In this document: positions 49,701 to 59,600 of the stretch, piece after piece
How the letters are laid out: the number at the start of each line of letters is the position of its first letter
Numbering within the stretch: the first letter of the stretch is position 1
NCBI GenBank assembly: GCA_965218795.1
Contig: OZ244653.1
Location: 3,072,001 to 3,136,000 of the forward strand
Reading direction: 5' to 3'
Length of the DNA: 64,000 nucleotides
From: a bacterium
GTDB taxonomy: Bacteria > UBA8248 > JACPRG01 > G963555815
Notes under the pieces: model-generated
What the model was told of the DNA's origin: nothing
The model's database searches: none
The model's input: only the letters and a program-made list of their open reading frames with translations
Translations under genes and position numbers: made by a program

Positions 49701-52700
49701 GAGCACTCCTTTTGACCCTGGCTCTTCAAAAACATCGTTGCGCGCTGATAATCCTCTGTGTCGATCTTTCCTTCTTCGTGTAACAGGGTGCAAATATCCA
49801 TTGTCGACAGAATCAAGTGATCGTGAGCGCTTGTGTCCGCGAACTGTTCCATCAGCGATTCAGGTCTATGGATCGGTTGAACACAAACGACCATGCCCCC
49901 GTCGTGTTCGGCCATATGCAGAAGCATGGCCAGTTCAAGTCCCACCTCGTCAACCAAGGCGTCGGGAGGATGGATGAAGGAATTGGCTGCTTGAAGCTTC
50001 CCTGCGCTTTCAAGGACTCGTACCTCCTTGGCTGCGGCGATGCGAGAAGGCTGATGAAAGCGTGTTTCGTCCCGCTCTCGGAACAGAAACTCCATTATGT
50101 CGGGCGCTAGTTTGACATGATGAAACGCTTCGATCGTCTGTTCCAATAGATCGAGATAAGCAAGAACCATGACAGAAGTGACGTCTAAGCCGATCGTCCA
50201 ATTCTTCTGCAACTCGACCGGACTCCGTCCGCCGGAGATAATCGGGAGTATCACTCGCGGTCGACCATCCAGTCGGGCGGCATTTTGGTCAGGGATATGA
50301 AGAAGGAGACGGGCGAGAGAAACATTGAAAACACCCGCTGCCACGCTCATGGGGATTTCTCCACCAAGCCATTTCCGCTCTATCTCTTGCAGCAGGTCCC
50401 GGCGCTTTGGGAACAGATCGTTGACTGCATCTCTCAAATCCACAGGCCATATCGGCCCTTCATCTGTGGAGGAAAGCGCGGATGCTCGCATAAGCCACTT
50501 GGGGTCTGCTTCGCCATCCCGCCCGAGCTTGAAATGCAGCCAGTATGCGGCCGCCAGAATGCGAGGGTCATCCGGCGCCTTCTGTGCTGCCAGGCTTGCA
50601 AGTTCCAGTGCATGGTCCGGCTCCTGCCCCCTTTGACCGGAAAGACATGCCAATTGCATAAGTGTTTCCGCGTCATGCGAATCTCGCTTCGGCCATTCGC
50701 GGTCAATAATCGCGGACACACGTTCCCAATGTCCGGATGAAACGGCGATATAGACGTCCAAATGAAAATCGTCCTGATTTGACCTTCTTCTCAAAAGATC
50801 ATCGTTGATATCCTTTGCGTCCTGAAGCCGGCCCGACTGAAACAATGCCCACGCCTTTACCGCCTTCAGGTCATCGTTCTGTACGACAAGGTCACCGTTG
50901 GTCTCCAGAAACTCGATGACTGACTCGTGGTCAAAACAGGAAGGATCACCCAAACACCGGACGACATCCAACGCATTTTTGATGGTGGTCTCACAGTCGA
51001 ACAACTCAATAACCAAAGGCTGAAGCGCCGCGCGATCATCCACGGTCTTCAAATAGGAAATCAGGTTTTTTAGATCAATGAGTTGTCCTGTCTCGCGATA
51101 AAGGTGCTCAAGTTGCTCACGAGGATCACTCCCCTCATGGTCATCGATCATAACGGTCAGGCGATTCGAATCCCCTTCGCCAAGGTCAGCCGCATGCCCA
51201 GCGACCAGCGCGCGTGCCCTCTTTGTTTGCCCGTCCCTTACCAAGGCGTCAACATGCATGATTGTCAGAAAGGCTGGATGAAGGAGCTTGCTCAAGCGCG
51301 TCCGGTGTTGCTCCAGATACGTCACGAAATCACGAGGGCTAATGGATTGATTAAAAAGCAGACACTCTGCCAGAAGTTCACGCTCGTTGAGCCCGCCGAG
51401 CTGCTTTCTTCGAGCCAAATGCTGCGTTAGAGGTTCTGCGTCGAACTCGATGTCGAAAACATGAGCAAAGAGAATCAGGTTGACCGCGTGCGATCCGCTA
51501 TTCATGCGCTGGCTTATCTCTTGCTTGGTGGCAGTCGCGTTGCTCAAATTTGGGTCCATTAAACGAAGCCAAAGTTGCCAATCGGAAACAACATTCGTGA
51601 AATGCTGACCGGCGAAATCTGCAAAATTGTTAGTGACGTATTCAAAACAGATCGTAGCGCGAGCATGATGTTGCTCCACCTTCGCTCTCTGAATAACGTT
51701 TATGCCCGCATAAAGTGGAGCGTGATCAAGCACTTGGTTTCGGTACTCAAGGGGGAGTAGCATTGCCGAGTTGATGCTTCCTTCGACGAAGGCGAGAAAG
51801 GGGGCCTCGGACCAATACGTTTCGACCTTGATGAGTTGCCGGCATGTTTCCTCCCACTTACCTCGTTTAGCGGTGCAAATGGCCCAATTTCTCCAGCCGA
51901 AGCCTGTGAAGAAATCCGGATCATCGCGTGCTTCGTGTTGTTCATACCAGTCCAGTGCTGCAGACTCGCCCTGGGAATCAGCAAGTATGCTAAAGAATAC
52001 GGACCTTGAATCGGGATCATCCTTATCGCGAATAATGCGAAGGCCGTCATTGCTATTTCCCATGGTAGTAGCAAACAGGGCATCCAAAATGGATAAATCT
52101 CTCCGCGGATCGCTTTGTTCCAGCTCCTCTCGGAGTTCTCGTGCCGTTGCAAGCGTGTCTGTATCTACAGCAAGTAATCTGACTGCCCAGTACAAAATAT
52201 CTGCCTTGGTCTGATTACTAGCCGCAACGAGATCGCCACCGCGCGTACGGTTTAGAAGTATTTGGATATCGCTTCTCGATGCGGGAGGGTCGATTGCCCG
52301 GAGCCGAAGAACCTTGGATAGCTCGACGTCTGCCTCTTCCGTGTGGAATTTCTGTATGATTGGGTCAGGTGTGCCTTGTGGGAGAAGCGCCTCTAGACGA
52401 TCAAAACGAGCATCCATGCGCTTGAAGCCGGCCTGACTTATGCCGGTGGATGCGCGTTGATCAGAGGGTATCGACGCGATGTAGCCCGCAACGAGAACGG
52501 CGATCACGACGTTTATCGGTCCGGTTGCCAACTGATCGGCTTCCCCTGTTCGATCCGAATAGCTTTCAATAAGGCGGGTCCTTGCCTCCTCATTATCTTC
52601 AACACCCATCATTAGGTTTGTTGTAGCGAGCGTCTTGAAATCGGTCGCAACACGCTCTTCAGCAAGCCATTCCTGCAACGCCGGTTTCCTCAGGAAGTCG

Positions 52701-52942
52701 GGAGAAATGTATTGCTGGCCGAACTGAGCTAGGATGTTCCGCCACCAAACGTCTTCGATGCTTCCTCCCCGTAGCCTACCCAATGTCTCGTTTAGGACGT
52801 TATCCATTAGGTCCGTTGGTTGGATGGCAAGCATTTGACTGGCTTGCCGCTCCGCACGAAGTCGTGAGACGTGCGTGAGCACAGCGTTAACGAAGGGTCG
52901 GAGAAGGGAGGCGGCAGCGGACAGGAGCGGTTGGTCGGACAT
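46754..52942 (-). CDS. Very large (~2060 aa) helical-repeat protein with PIN-like domains
   Basis: Uninterrupted ORF with visibly lower GC than its neighbours; TPR-like helices; PIN-like segments IGLDVTSVMVLAYLDLL, VYIDNLALSYL and LCIDDRYIN. Confidence 0.75.
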   Translation of the reverse strand: MSDQPLLSAAASLLRPFVNAVLTHVSRLRAERQASQMLAIQPTDLMDNVLNETLGRLRGGSIEDVWWRNILAQFGQQYISPDFLRKPALQEWLAEERVATDFKTLATTNLMMGVEDNEEARTRLIESYSDRTGEADQLATGPINVVIAVLVAGYIASIPSDQRASTGISQAGFKRMDARFDRLEALLPQGTPDPIIQKFHTEEADVELSKVLRLRAIDPPASRSDIQILLNRTRGGDLVAASNQTKADILYWAVRLLAVDTDTLATARELREELEQSDPRRDLSILDALFATTMGNSNDGLRIIRDKDDPDSRSVFFSILADSQGESAALDWYEQHEARDDPDFFTGFGWRNWAICTAKRGKWEETCRQLIKVETYWSEAPFLAFVEGSINSAMLLPLEYRNQVLDHAPLYAGINVIQRAKVEQHHARATICFEYVTNNFADFAGQHFTNVVSDWQLWLRLMDPNLSNATATKQEISQRMNSGSHAVNLILFAHVFDIEFDAEPLTQHLARRKQLGGLNERELLAECLLFNQSISPRDFVTYLEQHRTRLSKLLHPAFLTIMHVDALVRDGQTKRARALVAGHAADLGEGDSNRLTVMIDDHEGSDPREQLEHLYRETGQLIDLKNLISYLKTVDDRAALQPLVIELFDCETTIKNALDVVRCLGDPSCFDHESVIEFLETNGDLVVQNDDLKAVKAWALFQSGRLQDAKDINDDLLRRRSNQDDFHLDVYIAVSSGHWERVSAIIDREWPKRDSHDAETLMQLACLSGQRGQEPDHALELASLAAQKAPDDPRILAAAYWLHFKLGRDGEADPKWLMRASALSSTDEGPIWPVDLRDAVNDLFPKRRDLLQEIERKWLGGEIPMSVAAGVFNVSLARLLLHIPDQNAARLDGRPRVILPIISGGRSPVELQKNWTIGLDVTSVMVLAYLDLLEQTIEAFHHVKLAPDIMEFLFRERDETRFHQPSRIAAAKEVRVLESAGKLQAANSFIHPPDALVDEVGLELAMLLHMAEHDGGMVVCVQPIHRPESLMEQFADTSAHDHLILSTMDICTLLHEEGKIDTEDYQRATMFLKSQGQKECSNLRRSSFNGPVYIDNLALSYLQDANILQPVAAAGLNIRVHPNVLKRAHAFIEEGDVGHELGTKIEGIRTLLRNAVDNGAASFLPRTANRDERIQNRAPRFQATATLLAGTPACDALCIDDRYINSHANITDDTGQNVPIACVLDVIRHLSSRGVIDIAGHWTARHKLRRSGFAFIPLESDELMHWLTAARVDDGRMRESAELRILRQTMANIDFLGLSSLKEAATLSTNLDRVCKTAIDRVWEDASFTVEQAGALSDWVWHHLMKTAVLAREQIAADNRADWVRDLISLRLGYLLMPMTIQSEERRIQFADWIEQSVIEPLRPANADTIEKALATMCDKISALEDHHEVYGNLFLEQLPSSARKVVISKNPEFSERCGFKTESVLEIGPEIKLAESKLVKAVREVFANGAEKTIQDTSGKDVSISVDRANQNIVVTWTDSEGTSQHASLRELAILSPSQQTRINSLRSITDRMGATGPEFLYSSNDLDSRELNKQELASVFAESANGVAAVQSRLVQKLDHGLPIGVTDIVPQDISYFERFCGPAPDTRKPELYFREILIPYRQELLQRNIRAGLDICFLGALRDDLAPGQWLADVHVDVVWDALASCHAKENPFSLLGALDVALYRQDDERFEEFAAEAVTTLSNERFGRQDGPDLYMLLQVLFDFVLNRINLIENGATYPGYWKRMCAWMQAGMIARALSRPSISIDPDSLEEWLRDNMTAAGDFAGLVDARDEPMLFASRITARVLKNEILGRLRLLRWRHESEGRQVPRSNDLDQALARATDSGEILVLEFPGPLEGHRRPTELIPQELSEKLEEADVHDPETCPLQPLVTVSQLFAVGEPELDHARKTVRELSHEVSESNLKCLASASIVAAANRDTILADDIADAAVRMAPQVTQGEEIHKLFQFILQAVAAHEAHDTWFQWIEERLTYIAIHLPSPPNNCLKVFQDHLDEIGKVLPIDSWFQVRARSIASSGMA

Positions 52943-52980
52943 CTTCCAGTATTCCGTTTCGCAAAGCTCACGCTTTGGCA

Positions 52981-53385
52981 CTAGGAGTCAACGTTCCCCG
53001 GTATCTCTAAAGTATCGTTCAGCAACGATGCCTGCATTTCTCGGGCGGCCTGAACCATGTCATCCATTTCTCCACTACGCCCCTGGCGGGTCATTTCGTC
53101 GCGCTTCAGGGTCGCAAGGATATAGGTGGTTCGGAAAATACGCTCGAGCAACTCCACATGTCCAGGTGTGAAAGCGGCGGTGCCGGCGATGAATTTGCCA
53201 TCAGCGAGACTCATTGCGGCGTGGCGCACGAACACCGCAGCCGTCATCCCGCGCTCGTTGGCCGCCTGTTCAACCCGAGCCCATTCGGAATCCGAGAACC
53301 GGATCGAGCGCGGCGTGCGCGGATCGGTATTTTTTTTGTCCGCGTTCGCATCGGTTTCGGCGGCGGCTGGATCGCTTTCCGTCAT
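52981..53385 (-). CDS. Ribbon-helix-helix (CopG/MobC-like) DNA-binding protein
   Basis: RTPRSIRFSDSEWARVEQAANERGMTAAVFVRHAA; RBS ggaggag. Confidence 0.7.
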   Translation of the reverse strand: MTESDPAAAETDANADKKNTDPRTPRSIRFSDSEWARVEQAANERGMTAAVFVRHAAMSLADGKFIAGTAAFTPGHVELLERIFRTTYILATLKRDEMTRQGRSGEMDDMVQAAREMQASLLNDTLEIPGNVDS

Positions 53386-53960
53386 AATTTTGCTCCTCCA
53401 GGCTTCGGTTTTCGTTGGGAAGCCGCCACCTTCGCGCAGATAACGGGATGGTTCCGGTCTCCCATGACGTCGATCCTTCCGTATGCTTGCAGCATACACG
53501 AAGTGCCGCGGCCGCAGAAGGGCCGTCTGCTTCCGGAATACGGTCCGGCCGGAACGCAGGGATTCCAAGGGATCCAGGCGTATGCTGGAGAGCATACGCT
53601 CGATCCAACAACAATCGGGCGGATACTGACGTTGTTTGCGCCAGACACTGCATGACAAGCGCGCGCAGGATGTCCCTTCACCTTCAGGTGCGTGGGGTAT
53701 GAGAGTAAAGCGCCGACCGGCGTCCGACAGACCAGAATGCGAGGAACGAACGAAGGGAGAATCTCCGCGGGCGCGGGACGCGCGGGGGAGCCGCCGCGGC
53801 GATTGAGCGGACGGCCGTGCGGAGCACGGTGCATGGAGCAGTGCGGGACGGAGTCAGCAGTGGGGTCCGCACCAGTCGGTGCGAAGTGCGGCGGGCGGTG
53901 CAAGGAAGGAAGAACGGGCCGCGCCGCCGGGTGGCGACACGACCCGCGAGGTCGTTCGGA

Positions 53961-54884
53961 TCAGGCGGCAACGCACTGGACCGGGATACCGAGCTTGCGC
54001 GCCTTGTCCACCAGATTGTCCGTGATGCCCGAACCCGGGAACGCGATGACGCCCTTGGGCAACAGGTCCAGCAGCTCGTCGTTCCTACGGAAGGGAGCGG
54101 CGCGTCCGTGTGCGTCCCAGTCGGGCTTGCAGACGATCTGGTGGACGCCGTTGCGATCCGCCCACTTGGCCGCGATGCGCTCGACGCCGGGGCCGCCTCC
54201 GTGGACCAGGACCACATCGTCGTACTTGGCCTTGAGCCTCTCCAGATGCCGGATGACCGTACCGGCGTCGGTGGCCTGCTTGCCGCCTGCCACCGCCACG
54301 AGCGTTCCCTGTGGCAGGAGCGCCTTGTTCTCCCGGTCCCTGCGGGCACGCTGGAAGTCGCGGGCGTCGATCATGGCCGAAGTGAGCTTGCCGGTCTGGC
54401 TGGTGTGGGACCCGCGCCGGGGCCGCCAGACATCGCCGGTCTCGATGCGGTAGGCCTCGGCCGCTGCATCTCTGAGCTGCTCGAAGGCGTCCCGCCGGTC
54501 CGTGAGGTTCTTGGTCCGGTCGGTGACGAGTTCGAGCTCTCGGGACCGGATCTCGGAGCCGTCCTGCTCTCGCTGGAGGTCGCGCATGTCGGGGACGAGC
54601 CTGTCGGCCGCGCGGTCGAGGCGCTGGGTCTGCGCGTCGAGCATGTTGACGAAGCCCCAGAGCAGGCTCTCGCGCTCGTCGGCGAGTTGCGTTCCGTCGG
54701 GCGCGACGCCGTGTGCCATGATGCGGAAGGCTTCCGTGACGGCGGAGATCGCGTTCTCCGGGTCCCAGAGCTCCCGGTTGTCGAATTCGTCTTGCTCCGG
54801 GGTAGCGCCGAAGAGAGCCGCCTGGTCGCAGACGGTGGCGGTGACGGACTGCGCTTGCGCTTGGATGTTGTCGATATCGTTCAT
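53961..54884 (-). CDS. DUF2493 (SLOG-family) domain protein typical of plasmid/ICE backbones
   Basis: LLWGFVN...TSAMIDARDF...VLVHGGGPGVERIAAKWA...PDWDAHGRAAPFRRND...FPGSGITDNL. Confidence 0.85.
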   Translation of the reverse strand: MNDIDNIQAQAQSVTATVCDQAALFGATPEQDEFDNRELWDPENAISAVTEAFRIMAHGVAPDGTQLADERESLLWGFVNMLDAQTQRLDRAADRLVPDMRDLQREQDGSEIRSRELELVTDRTKNLTDRRDAFEQLRDAAAEAYRIETGDVWRPRRGSHTSQTGKLTSAMIDARDFQRARRDRENKALLPQGTLVAVAGGKQATDAGTVIRHLERLKAKYDDVVLVHGGGPGVERIAAKWADRNGVHQIVCKPDWDAHGRAAPFRRNDELLDLLPKGVIAFPGSGITDNLVDKARKLGIPVQCVAA

Positions 54885-55532
54885 GATGCTCTCCTTATGG
54901 ATTGAGTGTAGAGAACCGTTATGGTTCGTTGTGCGGAGAGAGTCTCCGAACGTGATGGTTGAGTGGCCCACGCGCGCGCAGCAAAGTCACCGCGGCCGCA
55001 AGGCCTGGCGCGGCGAGGGGCGCGAGTGGTGCGGGCGCACAAGCGACCGCAGGGAGCGCGGAGCCTCGGTCGCGTTTCTCGGCGCGCCTAGGCGCTTCAG
55101 CGCCGTAGCCTTGCGAGCCAAGGCCGGAACGGAGCGTAGCGGAGAGTAGGACCCCTTAGGGGTTGGCGCAGCGAGCACGTGTGGGACAATGGGCCATCAC
55201 GTCGGGAGGGATATTGTTAGCGATTGGCGCGGACCCCCTGGGCGGTTCCGGAATTGAGACCCGGGTCTCGGGCGCCGGCCCGGCAAGCGGAGATTGCAGC
55301 GGAGAGCCCGGCCCGAAGGGATCGCCCGAAGACGGCATGGCCCGTCACCGCAAGGGACGCGTATCGACGAGTCGCTCCGCAACCTCGCAGGCGAGATTGC
55401 CATCGTGGTAGACCCTGGACTCGTACGGGCGATGCTCCTCAAGGTAACGGATTGCATTTCGGTTCTCCTTCCGTGTTGCCGATGCCCGGGGCCCTCTCTC
55501 TCCCTCCTCGCGGCGTTCGCCCCTCTCCCGCT

Positions 55533-55868
55533 TCACTCTCCCCTCCGTTCCGCCAGAACGGAGGCCGCCCATGCCGCGGCGCGGGCGAGGACCTGCCCAT
55601 GGCAGGGCAGCGGCGCGCACCGGCAGGCCAGCGGCTTGCCGTGAAGGGCGGCGAGTTCGTCGAGCCCGACCTCGGCGGCGCGAATGCGGCGCCAGAGATC
55701 GGCGCGATAGCGCGCGATCACTTCATCGCGCGGTCCGTCCGGGCCGATGCGGAACCGGTTTCCCCATTGAAAGCGGCGGTCGATCCGCACGGTCCCGCCG
55801 TGCTCCGCCTTGCCGTCGAGCGCCGCCCGCAGGGCGGGCGCATGCCTGAGATTGACGATGTGCGCCAT
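55533..55868 (-). CDS. DUF4326 domain protein
   Basis: RIDRRFQWGNRFRIG...RDEVIARY...LHGKPLACRCAPLPCHGQVL. Confidence 0.8.
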   Translation of the reverse strand: MAHIVNLRHAPALRAALDGKAEHGGTVRIDRRFQWGNRFRIGPDGPRDEVIARYRADLWRRIRAAEVGLDELAALHGKPLACRCAPLPCHGQVLARAAAWAASVLAERRGE

Positions 55869-55892
55869 GCTCCGTTTCTCCTTTGGATCCGT

Positions 55893-56798
55893 TCACCCCT
55901 CCCCGGCTCTCCCCTCCCTCTCTCCGACCCGCTGCGGCGCGGGGAACAGGGCGGCGAGCCGAAGGGACAGGACCCGGGGTCCGAGTGCAACGAGGTCGTC
56001 GTTGAAGTCGCCGTATTCGGAGACGATGACGTGGGCGGCGACGCCCGCCCGCGCGCAGCGCCGGGCGAGGCGTTGGGCGGCCCGCTCTCCCTCGGAATCG
56101 TTGTCGCGGGCGATGACGAGGCGCGCGACGCCGCCAGGCGGAGCGAACGCGCCGAGGCTTCCGGCCGAGAGCGCGGCCGCCGAAATGACCCCGGGCGCCG
56201 CGGTGACGATCGACAGCACCGTCTCGATGCCTTCGCCGACGAGCAGCGAAGCGGCGGCGGCGGGCCTGCCGAAGCGCACGGCGCGTCCGTGGATGCGGCC
56301 GAGCGCCTTGCGCGGGGCCGCGACGTCCGCCTTGGCGGGCAAGCGCGGATCGAGCCAGGTGCGCTGCACGCCGTGGATGGCGCCGTCGTCGCCGGTCACG
56401 GCGGCGACCAGCGCCGGAAAACGGCGCAGGGAAGAGCCTTCGCGATAGCGAAGCTCGGGATGGAAGCGCAATGCCGGGAACCGGCAGCGCGCGAGCCCGC
56501 GGGCGCGGAGATAGGCCTCCGCATGGGTGCCGTGGATGGCGCGGCAACGCCGCCAGAGGCGGCGGGCCGCTTTTGTTGCGTCGTAGCTCTTGCCCGACGC
56601 CGGCGGAGCCGGCAGGGCGAGGAAGGCGCGGGCCTCGGCGAGCGCCCGCGAGCGCCTTCGAGATCGCCGGCGACCCAGTACCGGCCCTGCTTGCGGCCCT
56701 GGGGCAGGTAACGCCGGCAGACGGCCTCGGCGCGCGCGCCGAGCGCGGCGGCGATGTCGGCGGCGGGAGATGCGGAACGGGACGATGGGGGCGGCATG
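55893..56798 (-). pseudogene. Toprim/primase-like protein (plasmid type), internally deleted and frameshifted
   Basis: N-terminus AEAVCRRYLPQGRKQGRYWVAGD in one frame; LRFHPEL...GVQRTWLD...LLVGEGIETVLS...IARDND toprim domain in another. Confidence 0.8.
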
Positions 56799-56990
56799 AC
56801 GGGCCTCCTCTGGATGGACGGGGAACGCCCGATACCGGCCGGCCTCCGCTCTCGCCGGCGCCGGAGGACGAAGCGCCGCGCGTAGCGCTGGCGCGATGCC
56901 CGAACGGGTACGGACTCGGAACGGGCAGCAAAAAGATGGGCCGACGCGCGAAGCGCCGGCCCAGGTGGAGAGAGGAAACGGAATGCGCGA

Positions 56991-57416
56991 TCAGAACGGG
57001 ATGTCGTCGATGGGCGCTTCGGCGGACGGCGTCTCCGTCTCCGACACCGGCGCGCCGTTGCCGTTGGGCTTGTCGAGGAACTGCACGCGCCCGCCCGGAA
57101 CCAGCAGGATCTCGGTCGAGAACCGGTCGGAGTCCTCCTCGTCCTTCTTCCAGCGACGGGTCTGCAGCTTGCCCGCCACATAGACCAGCCGGCCCTTCGT
57201 CGCGTGCTTCTCGAACATGTCCACCAGCCCGGGCTGGAAGGTCACGACCCGGTGCCACTCGGTCTTGTCGACCCGATCGCCGGTCTGCTTGTCGATGTAG
57301 CCCTCGTCGGTGGCGATGGACAGGTTGGCCACGCGTCCTCCGGTGGCGAGGTGGTTGACGGTGACGTCGGCCCCGAGGCGTCCGATCAGTTCAGCGCGAT
57401 TGAGTCCGAATGCCAT
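56991..57416 (-). CDS. ssb: Single-stranded DNA-binding protein
   Basis: LNRAELIGRLGAD, TEWHRVV, KGRLVYVAGKLQTRRW, C-terminal DDIPF. Confidence 0.95.
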   Translation of the reverse strand: MAFGLNRAELIGRLGADVTVNHLATGGRVANLSIATDEGYIDKQTGDRVDKTEWHRVVTFQPGLVDMFEKHATKGRLVYVAGKLQTRRWKKDEEDSDRFSTEILLVPGGRVQFLDKPNGNGAPVSETETPSAEAPIDDIPF

Positions 57417-57497
57417 GATTGTTCTCCTTATGCGTGTGGGTGTGGATGACAACGGGTGACGGAAGGGGGGAGAGCCTCTCTCTCCGGCCCCCTTGGT

Positions 57498-57644
57498 TCA
57501 CCCTATGAACAGCCTCTCTTCTTCTCCGGCGTCGGCCTGGGCGGCTTCGGCGCGGATCCTGCGGATCGTGTACGAGTCGAGGCCGATCTCGGCGAGCAGT
57601 TCGTCACCTGTGGGGAGTTCGAGGTCGAGGTCCGGGTCGATCAT
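57498..57644 (-). CDS. Small acidic hypothetical protein (48 aa)
   Basis: RBS acaggaga, ATG and open frame MIDPDLDLELPTGDELLAEIG...EEERLFIG; co-oriented upstream of ssb. Confidence 0.5.
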   Translation of the reverse strand: MIDPDLDLELPTGDELLAEIGLDSYTIRRIRAEAAQADAGEEERLFIG

Positions 57645-58246
57645 GGGCTTGTCTCCTGTCCGGGATTGCCGCTTCCGGCATCGGGACCGGGAGATCGTCT
57701 CCCTCTCCCCTGCCGGGCGTTCGCCCGGCTCTTGCCCGACTCGTCCTCTCCAAAGGCGGTTCGCGAGCTTGCATCGCGGCTCGTCATGCGGTCCGGTGCG
57801 GCATGGACGGACGGGGATTTCTCAGGCGGCGCTGATTCTGGCTGCCGGCGCTGCTGTGGCTGCCGGCAGGGGTCATGGCGCAGGCGGCGTTCCGCTTCAT
57901 GCCCGGAGAGGGATCGTGGGCAGGCCTCGGCATGTGGCTGCCGATGATGCTGATGGCGGGGTCGTCGCTGATCGTCGTGGCGCCGTGCGGCCTGCCGCCG
58001 CCTGGGCAACGGGGATCGGTCTGGGGGCCGTCACGGTGGTGGCGTCCGTCCTCGCGGGACTGCTCGGCCCGCCGGCGATCGCGGTCTGTGTGGCGGTGCT
58101 CAGCCTGCCGGTCTGGATCGCGGCGCTGTAGCTCGCCCGGCGGGGTTGAAAGCAGACGGCGGCAGACCGGCCATACGTATGGCCGCCGCCCGGCCGGCGA
58201 TACGGATACGCGGATTCCGGCGGCGAGCGGCCCCGCCGAACGCGGA

Positions 58247-58430
58247 TCACCACGAGGTAGAGGTCAAGGTCGCCATGGGTGAAACATCGGAGATGATCTC
58301 GACTTGTTCCCGGGAAAGCCGGGCGAAGGCCAGGCACATCGCGACCTCCTCCCAGCTGTCCCAGGTTCCGTGATCCTCGCCCGTCGCGGTCTCGATGACC
58401 GTGTAACGCGGAGGCCAGATCGGAATGCCG
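58247..58430 (-). CDS. Small hypothetical protein, possibly 5'-truncated
   Basis: PRYTVIETATGEDHGTWDSWEEVAMCLAFARL; co-oriented with neighbours; start unclear. Confidence 0.35.
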
Positions 58431-58519
58431 CGATGTTCGCCCGAATGCACATAAGAGCGGCGGGCGCAGGAGGGACAACGCGACGCGCCCCGGGATGGCT
58501 CCCGGCAGTCCGTGCAAAG

Positions 58520-58863
58520 CCCCCGTACGTGCCGCCTTCAACGGGCGGATGCCTGCCGCAGCGCGTGCACAGGCCGGCGTCCCTCCGAGCCTGATCGCGT
58601 CGCCTGCTCCTACCGCGTGCGATCCTGCGGCATCGTTCGGCGTCGCGGCCGCCGTAAAGCTTGCCGGCCGCCTTGCCCGCCGCGTAGCGGGCGCGCTCGG
58701 CCTTGCGCCGCTTCTCGCGGCAGCGTTGGCACAAGCTGTGATCCGGTGCGGGCGGGGCCGATCCGCATTTCGGGCAAAGCCCGAGCGCGATGTGCTCTTC
58801 GGTGAGGCGCCGGTAGCATTGCCGGTCGCGGGCGCGCGCCTTGGCGGGATCCTTGTAAGGCAT
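58520..58863 (-). pseudogene. Basic Cys-rich (repeated GLCxxCG zinc-ribbon) hypothetical protein, probably truncated
   Basis: MPYKDP...GLCPKCG...LCQRC...GLCTRCGRHPPVEGG; the pattern stops midway through the second repeat. Confidence 0.5.
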
Positions 58864-58903
58864 CGGCGGTGTCCTCCCTGCCGCGGTTGCGATCGAACGC
58901 CGT

Positions 58904-59227
58904 TCAGCGATGCTTGCCGTTCACGAACAGGCCGGTCGCCAGGTCGCCCCAGTACTGCACGCCGGCGGTGGCGTAATTGACGCCCGTGCAGATGATGATC
59001 TCGTCGCGCTGGGGTCGCATCCGCTGGACGGTGCGCAGCGAGACGACCTCGCGGGACGCCTTGCCCCGGACCTTCTTCGACGGCCCGCCGGCGCGCGCGG
59101 GGTGGATCTCGCCGTCGGCCATAGACTGGAACCGTTCGACGCGGTACCGGTCGTCATCGAGGCCCCGGCCGAACAAGTGGGTGAGGAAAGTGTGCGCGTT
59201 TCCGCGCGGCAGCCTGATCGTCTGCAT
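58904..59227 (-). CDS. Hypothetical protein (107 aa)
   Basis: RBS gggaga, MQTIRLPRGNAHTFLTHLFG...; co-oriented with the ssb cluster. Confidence 0.55.
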   Translation of the reverse strand: MQTIRLPRGNAHTFLTHLFGRGLDDDRYRVERFQSMADGEIHPARAGGPSKKVRGKASREVVSLRTVQRMRPQRDEIIICTGVNYATAGVQYWGDLATGLFVNGKHR

Positions 59228-59424
59228 TGTGCCGTCTCCCGTGTCTTGGTGGTTGCGGGCGGCGGAGACGCCCTCCCCGGGCATCCGACCGCCGCCCCGC
59301 TCACGGCCCGGCTCGCCCTCTCCGCGGCGCGATGCACGGCGGGGAACCGCGGCGCGGGTTCGGCGTGTTGCCGGAAGAAAGCTGGCGCGGGCGCGGAACC
59401 AGCTTCCCGGGCGGTGGCGTACCG

Positions 59425-59600
59425 ATGGGGTGGACGCCCCCTCCCGACGGCATCGCAGTGTGGCAAGGTGGTGGTGTTGTTTACCGCCCTGAAGGAGGAG
59501 CATCCATGGAACAAGTGAGCATCATCGGCATTGATCTGGCGAAACACGGCTTTCAACTGCACGGTGCGCGGTTGGACGGATCGGTTGCGTTTCGCAAGTG
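59425..59600 (+). mobile_element. IS110-family (IS1111-like) left end and 5' transposase fragment
   Basis: tggacgccccctcccgacggcatc left-end motif; MEQVSIIGIDLAKHGFQLHG start, cut off by the IS3 element. Confidence 0.8.
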
